Under the pieces are notes generated by a model. That model was given only the letters and a program-made list of their open reading frames with translations. It did no database searches and was not told where the DNA came from. Of a stretch of DNA of 64,000 nucleotides, positions 51,123 through 62,625 are shown piece by piece. Each line of letters opens with the position of its first letter. The stretch's first letter is position 1. The stretch comes from Takakia lepidozioides (taxonomy: Eukaryota; Plantae; Bryophyta). Made by a program: the position numbers and the translations under genes. The DNA lies in assembly GCA_030704615.1 (NCBI GenBank), contig CM060733.1, positions 9,982,001 to 10,046,000 of the forward strand, in the 5' to 3' direction.

Positions 51123-51700
51123 TGTCATGGACATAGCACAGAGCAACTTACCAGGAGTAAATACCAGAAGTTACCAAGTTACCACGTTACCGAAAATTAT
51201 CGTGATCTACTATGATCTACCATGAGTTACCATAAATTTACCAAATTATCGAGAGTAACTTGGGAAACTGATCAGGAAGCTTCTTTTGGAGGAAACTTCT
51301 CCATCAAGATACCTCCTTTGTTTAAGGAAACTTCTCCATCAAGAAACCTCATTTGGAGAAGCCTCTTAGGGAACCTTCTAGTAGTCAGTATATATATAAG
51401 AGGCGAGACTGAACATTCTTCAGTCTTGCCAACACAAGTTCAAGCTACTCTTGTTTCCAGTCCCAGTACTCCAGTCCAGTACTCTGGTCCAGTTTCCAGT
51501 ATCTAGTACTTCAGTTCAATTTCCAGCATTCCAATATCCAAGTCAAGTTCCAGTATTTTTGTACTCTTGTACATTGTTATAAAGATCATCTTGATTAATA
51601 CCCATCATGAATTCGGCCACGCCGACCTTGACTTCTTATCTAGTCTTATACCTCTAGTCTGATCTCTTGTTTGTGTTCAGTCGTGTTCTTGTCCTTCACA
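51123..51700 (+). mobile_element. 5' LTR of a Ty3/Gypsy element
   Basis: TGTCA...TCACA termini, TATATATAAG at ~51390, short internal repeats, and gag directly downstream. Confidence 0.65.
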
Positions 51701-51759
51701 GTTTGGCGAGACTAAAGTTTGTTCCTTAGTTAGATAAGATAGAAGGCACATTTGCGGAA

Positions 51760-52602
51760 ATGGTCGCCACATTACAGAATCTTCAGCTCTAGATGAAAGA
51801 ACTTCGTACCTCTACCGCCCAATTACAAGCTGATCAGTCTCAAGATCTTGGTAACGATCTCCACAATTTGCAACAACAAATTTCATAGTTAAAGGAGTCG
51901 AACAATGGATCTTCAACCGTACGAGTCTCTACTGCAACGGTTCATCTTCAACAGATTACGAGAGAACCAAAGATCAACATGCCCGAGAAATTTGATGGGA
52001 CAAGATCAAGATTTTGCGGTTTTGTTCAACAAATACGACTGTTCATACGACTACATTCACAATGCTACCCCGATGAATGTATTCAAGTGGGATTCGTGGG
52101 CACCCTTCTATCAGGCACTGCCCTATCTTGGTTTGCACCGCTATTAGAAAAAAATTCGCATTTACTATACAATTTTAAAGCACTCATGTCCGAGTTTACT
52201 GCAACGTTTAGAGAAAATGATAGGGAGAGAGTTGTAGAGACAAAGATGCGAAATCTTCGACAAAGAGCACGATCTCCTTCCGTTTATGCTGCCGAATTTT
52301 GACAACTTGCGTACGACCTCGACTGGAATGAAAAGAACCTCATTTGTCAGTTTCGATGTGGGCTAAAAGAGAATGTAAAAGATTTGTTGCTGACAATACC
52401 AAACGTGAGCACACTGAGCGAATTCATCACCCAAGTCATTGCATGCGATAATCGTTTGTTCAAAAGACGTCAAGAAAAGCGATCTGGATGGTCGACGACA
52501 CATCATGCCGCTGCTACTACGGCACCAAACACAACGATCCATCAGACATCCGGTAGTGATCGTATGCAGATTGATGTTGTCCGATTCAAGCCATTGACGC
52601 CA
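51760..52602 (+). pseudogene. Ty3/Gypsy gag (chromovirus/PEG10-like), with stops and 3' truncation
   Basis: PEKFDGTRSRF, LLSGTALSW, LRQRARSPSVYAAEF*, QFRCGLKENVKD and DRMQID motifs. Confidence 0.88.
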
Positions 52603-53159
52603 CCTCGTACATTAAGAAAAAGCCACACCTTCCGATTGCGGTTGTCTCACCATCGTGAACGATCTTTAAAAAAAACTCATGCCAGCTCCGCTCCGTGCTG
52701 CAACTTGAGGGCTGAGTTTGATGAGAGCGCAAGACAGGCTGAAATAGGTCGAAGAAGAAGTCCTCACCACATTGTCCTCAACCTTGTGTCTTGACCAATG
52801 GAGGATTCGACTGACCATGAATCCAAGAGGACCTCTTGTGTTGTGTGTGTCTTAGTGTAATCATGTCGGATAGATCTGTGAGAGCGGCCACAGTGCATTC
52901 GAGCAATTGAAACACGGCCTGTTATCACGATGCTTCGGCACTAGGAAGACGCAGACCCCAAAAAACACTAAGTCCCAGCCCTGCACTCTGCGACCTAGCA
53001 ACCCTAAATTCGAGCCAACCTTTTGAATTTTTTGAACGTTTTGCATCCTAACAATATACAAAATGATTATATATTCCATGTTATTATGTGAAGGTATTTT
53101 TAGCTTATATATTTTTGTGTATATATATATATTCACCCTCGAAGTCGTATCATTTGCAG

Positions 53160-53587
53160 CCGTTAGATGCACTTGCATCCAACACACCACAATATTTCAA
53201 CCACGCGAGCAATGATATGTAGATACGTCGTCATTTGCAATCACATCCTCGTTCTATTGCATCCATTTATCTTTGTATTTTCCACATAGACACTCCTTGG
53301 GCAACCAACAATCGCCACGTGCAGTCGTGAATACTGGCAGTCATACATTCCCATGCCCATGTCATCCTGTTGCAGTTTTGGCCATGACTCCTAGTCGTAT
53401 CTACCATCTTCCCCTATCTGGTCAAACATGTTTGACCGCAGATCCTGACGTGGCGGAGGTACAAGGTGGCATATACGACTTCTGGTGGTCACAATTGGCA
53501 ACCAAGACTGCCCCCTTGCATTTTGTAGACATATATGCTACAACTGGGCAAATGTGGCAGACGTTAAAGCCGGGATCTGTTGTAGTG
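53160..53587. mobile_element. Possible CACTA element terminus
   Basis: TGTTGTAGTG at 53578-53587 (reverse complement CACTACAACA), just before the junction with Copia sequence. The partner end was not identified. Confidence 0.35.
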
Positions 53588-53799
53588 TATGCGTATATTT
53601 TTCTGATCTGGTATCAAAGCCAAGGTTGTGGCGGTGGTTAGATTGGGTGGGCATTAGCAATAAGGGCTATAATGACCTCAGTGAATATTATTCAAGAAGA
53701 TGGTAATAATGAGGAGATTCACGGGACCTTTCAAGTCTAGATATTAAACGAGTGATATGAAACGAATGATATGTTTGGAGTGATACGTTTGAAGGCGAT

Positions 53800-54261
53800 G
53801 ACAACTTTCAGTCTTGAATCAGATGATTAGCATTGATACATCGATTCAGGTACAACCATACATATAATAGCAACAAAAAAGCATTTCATTCACTAGATCA
53901 GCTAACTAACTCTGCTAGAGTTAAGCAGCCGGGGGGGAAACTCACTTTGTACAAGGGCAAGGAAATGTACCTTTTTGCATGCCTAACGATGAAATAAAGC
54001 ACGTCACAGATGTTTTATACGTTCTTGGAGGCTAGGTTGACTAAAAATTTGTTATCTGTCGGAGCTGTCACAGAGATGGGTTGTTAGTGATTTTCAATTC
54101 TCATGAATGTTTCAAATGAATGTTTCATATTGGATAAAAAAACTTCCAAGGTTTAGCCAGAGGAGAATGGTTTGTATCGTTTCAAGGGAATAGAAGTGGA
54201 TGTAAACTCTTTGACGTTGGAAGGAACATTGAGCTTGATGGAATTGTGGCGCAAACGTTTA
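53800..54261 (+). pseudogene. Ty1/Copia pol fragment (protease to GAG-pre-integrase)
   Basis: *YIDSGTTIHI, VTDVLYV..KNLLSVGAV and ENGLYRF...LWRKRL motifs. Confidence 0.8.
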
Positions 54262-56070
54262 GTGTTCAGACTAGCAGCAACACTCTGCGAGAGTGGGGAG
54301 GTCACTTCATCTTCTGCGGAGTTACTGGAAGGTGTAGTGGCAGAGGGATCCTCGGATTTGAGGGTCAAGACTGCCACGGCTGCGCCATGGCAAGCTGCAG
54401 CTGCCAGGTTGACGGAGCTACCAGCTAGGCCAGCCTTTGAGCACGCCATGGTGACACCTGGAGTTGTCTTGTTAGACAACCAGGGAGGCATTTTCACTTT
54501 GAGTGGACCGGCAGGCAAGAAGAAGTACCGGCCACTGCGGGTCTTGTTGGACTCAGGAGCTCAGCCACTGATGTTGGGCAGAGCTGCTATTGCAGGTTTG
54601 GGCCTCATGGAGGCGGATATGGAGCCTTGTCCTTTCCAGATACAGACATCTCTGGGAGGATCAGAGCAGGCTCGGGGCATGACACGGCGTGAGTTGGCCA
54701 TTAGACTATAGCCGGATCACCCTACAGATGGCTCAGCGATGCGAGCCAAGGCCATTGTGACAGATGCGGTCTCTTACAATGTCCTCGTTGGTGGGGCAGT
54801 GTTATACCCCATGGGCTTCACCCTGGACTTTTGGGAGGAATCAGCATCCTACAGGCCTAGCTGGCAGTCAGGGGATGGTCGTCGTGCACAGCTCCCTGTG
54901 ACATTCATTGGGGGTATTGTGGCTGCCCAACAGGGCAAGATGCCAACACTAGCCGCCTTTACGGCTGCAGTTAGTTGGCCTGGAGAGTTGCTGGCAAGCT
55001 ATGCCCATGCAAAGGATGTGCCACCTCCAGCAGAGCAGGATGACATGCATGGTACGGCGGAGTTGCCTGCCATGGTTGCTCACACTCCATTATGGGGTAC
55101 GAGCAAGGATTTGCAGCAGACTGCTGATGGACGGGTACAACAAGCCTGGGTAGAGGCCTTCGTACCGTCAGGAGAAGAGGAGAGTGCGGTAATTGCACCA
55201 GGACCACCTCAGTTGTCGCCATTGGACACCACACCTCTTGTGTGGCAGTGCCCGGATGAAGGCATATGCTTTCTGGACTTGTTTGGCGGGATCAACACTG
55301 GATTGGCTGCAGTACTGCAGGCAGGTGTACGAGTTCGACGTTACCTGTATGTGGAGAGGGATGAGACTGCACGACGCGTCTCACTACGCCATGTTGCTCA
55401 ATTGGTACAGCAGTACCCTGATTTGTTGCCAGTGTCTGCAGTTCGTGGATACCAACAAGCCTTGCCAGCAGACATTTCGTTGCTGGGGGCGCAGGATTTG
55501 GAGCGGGTTGGCTCCATTGATCTGGTAGTGGCAGGTTGGCCTTGCCAAGGGCATTCATCAGCCGGGCATGGCAATGGATTGCGAGACTCGAGGACGGGTC
55601 TGTTTTGGGAGATGGTGCGGGTTTTGCGCCACTTGCAGCTTCATCAAGTTGTATCTCCAGCATACATCTTGGAGAATGTGCCACTGATGGGTGATTCTCG
55701 GGCCAGGGTGATGGCCAGTGTGCATCAAGTCCAGTCGTGGCTTGGGTCAGCAGTGTTGCTGGATGCAACTGCAGTGGGGTCACGGGCTCATCGTCCACGG
55801 CTATGGTGGACTAATTTGATGCCACCCGCACTGCTCAAACGTGCATTTGATGGGGTGCAACGGCCAGCACACCTCACAGTGGATAGCATTTTGGACACAG
55901 GGAGGCAGTCTCAACGTGTAAGACACGATGACCGTTCGCATTTGGCAGTGGTCAACAGGGTGGGTCAACCACGAGCAGCATTACCTACACTGCTCAGCTT
56001 CCCATGCTTTTCGGGATGGTGGACCTGGCCTCTTGTGGGATAGCCAGTTGCAACAATTAGTGGAGCCCAA
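54262..56070 (+). mobile_element. Retroelement remnant encoding a retropepsin aspartic protease fused in-frame to a C5-cytosine DNA methyltransferase
   Basis: VLLDSGAQPL...YNVLVG protease with one in-frame TAG (54709-54711). MTase motifs follow: I LDLFGG, II YVERD, IV AGWPCQG, VI ILENV, VIII HRPRLWW. Frameshift near 56000; the match ends at LVEPN. Confidence 0.88.
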
Positions 56071-56613
56071 TTGGATTTATGGGAGTACACAAATGTTTTT
56101 GGTATATGGTAAGAGTAATAGTTTAGGGTACTAAGTGTCCGGCTTAAGCCTATGGAAGGGTTAAGGGAAGGGTAAAACGAAGGGTAAGGATTTAGAGGTG
56201 ATGGTAGAGGTATAAATGGACAAACAAATATAGAATACTCGCACTCACTAGAACGAGACATTGCAAAAAAACATTTAGACCGGATTGGAAAAGAAAGAAT
56301 CTAGGGGTTGTGCCAGCATTTGTTTTTTTGGGTGCATTGTCTGGTTTGTAAGCCAGAATCCCCCATGTCACGAATATATGTAGATGAACAGAATGTACAA
56401 CAGTGCAGAGTCCAACACGGCAGAAAGAAAATAGATGAACGTCCACTGCCCACTCGAGGTTCATTGCGACAGAAAAAGAAGACAGGAAGGATCACCCAAA
56501 GCAAACACGAAGGGAAAGAAGCATAAAGAAATTTTTATATCTTAAAATGAAAGACCGGAAATAACCTCAACATTTAGTCCATGGATGGAAAATGGTTCGC
56601 AAGAAGGAAACCT

Positions 56614-59600
56614 TCAGGTATCTGGCTGAAGGTTAGCAACCTCCAAATTCGCGCGCGCCTTCACTGATTCCACCGCTGTAATTCTCTTGGTGCTATTTCT
56701 TGTCGTATTTTTTCGTGGCGGCATTGTCCACACGACATTGTTCACATGGATCCATTGAGCAGGATCTGACGGGTTGTACTCCCAAACTTTTGACCAACAG
56801 TCCATGTACCTCTCAAAGTCTGAGGGGTTACCTCCTTTCTTCGGTCTCCGCCACTCCACCTTCACTTTCTTAAAATTAGGATCTTCCCTTTCTCGGATGA
56901 CATCTGAAATTGCCATTCCCATCGAGACTGGGCACGTCGTTGGGTCATGATGGCGAACGAGCAAAAAAAACCCTTTCTCAATATCCTTGAACGGATTCAA
57001 GGGTATCCTTGGACGCTCACACCTAGGGCCACAGTAAGGTTCTGGAACTTCATCCTCATCTTCCATATCTTCCAATATCTGTGGCTGGATGCCATCCCTC
57101 CGATGGTTTGAGGACCAATTTGTTTTCGGCCAAAATCCCTCAAGAAGCTGAATACGATCCAGAATGTCCTGCATTGGCTTATCAAGTTCGGCGAGAATAT
57201 TTCCCCAGTATTGGTCATATTGTTCCATCACACCCCGGTAATGATCGTCAAGCAACATTCCTTTGGTCCAAAAATCTCTGTATTTCTTAATACCAATTTT
57301 TATGAATGACTGTTTTTCTGAGGAGTCGTCCCCGACTCCCCATATCGGTCTTATTGGAACGACATCTGGTTCTCCTTCAGGGAGATATGGAGTCCCATCA
57401 AGATTGGACTTCCACATCTTAACGTTGGAGTTTGTAGGAAACCACTCCGAATCAGTAGCTGACTTCTTGTACTTCATAACGGGCCAGCCATCCGCATCCT
57501 TAATAAATCGAAAGACGTACATCTCTGAGATCCCGACCAAAGCCTCATTTCCATCATGAATACAACCCTTAACAAACTTTTTGAAGTCGGGAACCTCCTG
57601 TGTGATTTGAGGAATGAATTGCATATCTTGGGAGATCATGAATGACCTCATCAAATCCAGAAGAATATAGGTACTGCGTTCCTTTAGCTTCTTTGAGAGA
57701 TAGCTAAAGAATCCGTCAATATCCTCATGGGGTTGCCCGACCATGAGAAAACCAAGCTGGATCTCTTCAAAGACATCTTTGGCAGTGATGAGGGATAAGA
57801 AAACAATCATCCATCTGTTCTTATTGTCCTTGGAGGAGTTGTCCATCTGCAAATAAAGTCGTCTAGGAAGTGGTCGAGCACCACGTTTATCGTGCGGCCT
57901 ACAGGGTTTCAGAGCCTCCAAACATCTCGATTTACCTCTCATGAGCATTTCAAAAAAATCATTTTGAACTTCAGTGTCGAAAATGTTCCTGGATTCCCGA
58001 CATGTTGGCTTTTCTAGTTGGCGTAGGCACTGAGCCAGCGACCCAATTGTGAAGTTTGAATTGTCTTTCCAGAACTCAAGGGAAAATTGAGCGTAAGCTC
58101 CATCTCCATGTCCGTGCGTAACCATTCTTGTCAATGAGACAGACAACTGACCCAATCCGGAGACCATCTTGTTCGTCGTCTGTAGCCTCGGAATAGCCGT
58201 TTTCCTATGATTCATCTTATCATGAATAATACATAGGAACTCCTCCGGAACCATAACGGACTCATTCCTCTAGCTATGGTACAACCTTCTGCATGACTCT
58301 TGATGCCTCAAGTGCAAATCAAGCATCCGCTTATGTGCGACCTGTTCGGAACTCATCTTAATCGACTTCTTGATGAAGTCCTTGAACATCTCACATTCTG
58401 TGCACTTAGCAAAGGTGCTTCATGTTTTCCGAACCTCCACGTTAGGAAATATTCGATTGCATATACGGCTTATAGCTGGCTGCGAGACTCCTTTCAAACC
58501 GAGCAGTCTGTTTGTCTGCACCCCAACTCCCCAACAATGTCAACGTCCACTGGGCAGTGGAGGTTCTACAAAGTGGAAGAACAAGAAATCATGATGGCAT
58601 CAAAAAGAATAAAATCATCCACAGTATTTTGAAAAACGAAAGGGGACAACGAATAAAAGTCACCTCATTGGACTCCTCTCGAATTCTCTTCCAGTTCATT
58701 TCGGGTGGCAAAATTCTCAAAGTATCCCAACGTCCCTCTCCAATTCAACGTGTTTTGTGAGGCATAAGGTCAGTATTGGCATTGATAATGGACATAATGT
58801 TCCCCTCTGCCTGGAGTGTCCCTGGTCGCGGCCGCTTGACGCCACGATTTCCGTGGAAAGATGACAAACAACCCTCTTTACTGAGCTTTTTGTACTCCAT
58901 GTACGTTGACCTTCCAATTCCGTGTATTATCCACCATGCTTTCTCACAAACATCAACACCTTCTATCGTAACATACGACCTGCGCGATGACCCATCCATA
59001 ATGTGAAGTCGTTTTGAAACATTCAATCCAAGTTCTCTCCTCTCATCGAATGACAAACCCCAAAATGCAGTACGAATTGCCAAGGTTTTTCTCCAATCAA
59101 AATACTGGCAGCACTGAAGCTTGCAACAAGGTTTGCTGCCCACCGAACTCACTTCATCCAAAGTAAGATTTTTCTTGCACTTTTTTTAGTCCTCCATATT
59201 GGATGGTTTTATCTTCCTAGTAAAATGCCTGTATGCTGCTTTCAATACGCCTGTATCATGGTCGTCATTCTCCATGTCACTGCATGATCGTAGGAAATTT
59301 TCGAGATCAACGGAGAGTATCCGGCCATTTTCAAGAAGTCTTGTTTTTGTTAACGGCCATTTCACAATCGACATCAGTGAACCGGACTCTCCAAAGATTG
59401 TTCTAGTGACCAAAACCCCAACATCATCCTCTCCGAGTTTGTCATTCAGAATGATCTCGTTAGGAATGCATGCTTGAATTCGGCCTTTGAACATGGCGTT
59501 TCTGTCCTCCCCAAGAAGAAGACACTGCAAGTTTCTCCAACATTCTCTCCCCAGACCTGCAGGCAGATCCCCCCCAGTCTCACCGTTGGACGGAATATCA

Positions 59601-59933
59601 TTGCTTTCAGTGCTTTGTCCTTGATAATCACTACCTTCTGTGATGGAATGACATCCTGGGTTTCTCGGGGATGATGAATCCACAGTTTAATGCGTGCGAA
59701 CACATGACACGTCCCACACAACTGGAGTCCCAATCGCCTCCTTCAATGTGTCAGCATCCATGTGTCGATAAGGCAGAGGACAGGAGCCGAATGCGTCATC
59801 ACAAAAGATCAAGGTAACTGAAATGGTGGACGAACACAAGTGGTGTCCGTGGCAAGTTCCCCAGAAACATTCAGGCAATCTCCTGAGGCAACAACTGAAG
59901 GAGATCCAGGAAGCGACAGAAACACCCTTTGGC
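56614..59933 (-). pseudogene. Sola-like DDD transposase pseudogene; exons 59933-58664 and 58515-56614
   Basis: CCKLQCC..AFW, VCEKAW, FAKCTEC, IIHDKM, LYLQMDNSSKDNKN and FLMVGQPHEDIDGFFS motifs. Five in-frame stops are explicable as transitions, and one frameshift is inferred near 59865. GT-AG intron at 58663-58516. Confidence 0.78.
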
Positions 59934-62625
59934 CTACTTGGAACCCCATGAAGTTAGTAACCTCCACTGGGCAGTGGAGGTCCAGTAAAATCCTATTACT
60001 GGACTGAAGATTAACTTAAGGAAAGAATGACTTGCCACCGAAAGGAGAAACTTTAAGTATAACTTTTTTGACGGTTTTGAATGAGAAAACAATATGGATT
60101 GAAAAAGTAAAATCAATGTTTGGATCTACACTGGGACTGATAAAAAACAATTGGAATTAAATTGGAGTATGAGGGCGGAGTATAGACTACATCTATCGGA
60201 ACTGTCAGATGAAGTCACAATTGCCAACCTCCACTGGGCAGTGGAGGTTGGATGATATCTGTTGATGAAATAAACCACATGGATGAACAATGGATAATGA
60301 AGAAGCCCTTTGTAGATGACAAAGTGATTCTATGGATGGATGAATAATAATGTGGCGACTGCCCAGTGGAGGTTTGGGAGTAACTTTAGACAAACAAAAG
60401 CAAGTTTAGCTGGTGCACATGGAGAGTACACAAAAAATTGAGTATCATACTATCCTACGTGAGAAATGTGCAGTTGACACATGAGACTAAGGAAGCAGAG
60501 AGAGACTCAGAGGCTGCTTCAGAAGTACCCTATGGGTAGAGTGGTGCAGGACAGGCAAAGAGGTACACGTTGTCCAGAGAGGTGCATGATGTCCAGAGAG
60601 GTGCGTGAGAGAAAAGAAGCAAGTGAGAGGTTCAAAGTGGGAAGTTGGTATTGTGTGGATTCAGACGTTATATAGAGGTGACACGTAACTTTCATCTTTG
60701 AATCGCTCCAATGGCAGTGTGGTATGCTTTCTCTCCCGGATCGATTGTGGCCACCGTGGATTAAGGCGGAATCGAACGGCTTATTTCAACTCGCGAAATC
60801 TCGGCTTCATTGAAAGTGTGCACAATTTTCCATTTATTGACAACAGCCATTGTCACATTAATTATGGAACAAACGATAACGGCCGTGATCAGACTGAATT
60901 CTATCGTACTTGTACGTTAGTAGGACTACAAGTCTGGCATCATTATCGTGCGGCTCTGACAGCAGACTCTGGAATAAGCGTGAAGGATGTCGATTCTGAC
61001 AAGTGGCCTGGAGAAATGAAGTCAGGCGGCTAATCGCCACAACTAATTCGGGACTGCACATTAACAATCGATCATTATAATTAACTGGGAGGAATCTGGA
61101 GGTGAACCATAAAGCACTTTGAGATTGTTCTGTTTATATTTATCGTGCTGTTACAGTGAATAAAACACTTGGGCAGGGCGGGGCATTACATGTCGGCGCA
61201 TTGCATTGGACAGCGAGGGCGGTGCATTACAGGTGTGCGGAATGCTCTGTCGTGCCTTGCTTGCTTGCACATGTTTAATGTAGGGATGGACCCCTCGTGT
61301 CGGGTATCCCTCGATAAATGGGCAGTCCCTGTGGCTCTGGACCTTAAATCGAGGAATGCCCGACACGAGGGGCCATCTACTATCCTTAAAGCCGTATGTC
61401 TGTCAGGGAATATTGACGCCTGGCGGCTAACAGCCGAAAGTAATTGTGGACGGCTCAATATGAGACAATGATTATACAGTGTGACGAATCCGTAGGTACA
61501 GCGTTGTGTCCTCTGGCAGATTGACGACTGCCTAGGCGTGTCACGTGGGTGGTCACATGTGCGTTTGGGGCGTGGGTTAAGGTTTGTTGGCTTCGAATCT
61601 ATAAGGACTAATCTACAATAGAAATCTTCGAACCTAATTCGTCCAAAATATACTAAGGAACTTCTCGCACTATATTCAGACGATTCTAGATTATATACCC
61701 AAGAACTACAGAATGCTCCTTCTTATCTCTCTGAGTGTATCAGGCGAATAGTCTGGAGGGGTATATTTTGGGGATCTGGTGATACTATCAGGAGACGCAA
61801 GGGAGTATCCTGGAGATCCGGAGACGTCCAGTAGTTCCATGACTCCCCCGCTCGTTTCAGTGTCCAGGAGGAAGTTTGGAGGATAATATTTTTCGGATCC
61901 TGATGTGGATTCAGGAGATGCCCGGAGATGCTGGATATCCAAAAACGGTCACTTGTATTGCAGCCAATGTGTCTGGGGAATAGTATGAAGGGGTGTATGT
62001 CGGATAATCTTGGGAGTGGGCAGGAGATCCGTTGGTATCATTGTTTACATGAACGCTTTCTCTTATTTCTGCCAGGGTATCCTTACAGATGACTTGAGGT
62101 GTATTGCTCGGAGATTCGCATGCGTTCCGCGGGGATTCTACAGTCACATTTTTGTCATTGACAGACACTTTGTTCGGCTCGGTAGACCCCCAACTGAATT
62201 TTTCATCTAGTTCCGAAACACCATGTTTTTGATCTGGACGGTCCGCTTCCATCACGTCTACCGAACACCGTCTTTTGCTCCAATTTAATCTGGCTGTCTT
62301 GTACGCATCGTCAGACACCGGTTCCCCACCCTCGTTCTTCTTTCTCATTGACATAAAAACTAATCAGAGTGTGTAACTGGCTGACCCAAAGAAATATCGA
62401 ACCTCCACTGGGTAGTGGAGGTTCCCAATTATCGTATCCCAGTCTCATTGGAAAGTATATGTCACACTTACAATGTCACACATATGATTCCATCACTCGT
62501 TCCCACATCGTCTCAAACTGATTTCAATTTTCCCGTAATTATCCGATTTCGTCCTTACTTTAAAAAAATGTCTTTCAGCTTCCACATACAGAATTCACGC
62601 GAACCTCCACTGGGCAGTGGAGGTT
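58542..62625. repeat. Six copies of the 24-bp palindrome AACCTCCACTG-GG-CAGTGGAGGTT (58542, 59959, 60226, partial inverted copy at 60358, 62400, 62602)
   Basis: Direct reading: 11-bp inverted arms, with 0-1 mismatch per full copy. Confidence 0.95.

Noticed and set aside
54172-54711. 179-aa ORF as a genuine gene
   Set aside because: It is a chance in-frame chimera of a Copia pre-integrase fragment and the protease of the DNMT element, and it starts at TTG.
54739-56043. Host DRM/DNMT3 gene or bacterial restriction-modification contamination
   Set aside because: It is fused to a retropepsin, embedded among plant TEs, and has no host regulatory domains or cognate restriction enzyme.
58542-62625. 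Palindromic repeats as a CRISPR array or rho-independent terminators
   Set aside because: Spacing is irregular (~130-2000 bp), there are no cas genes or consistent U-tracts, and the context is eukaryotic and intronic.
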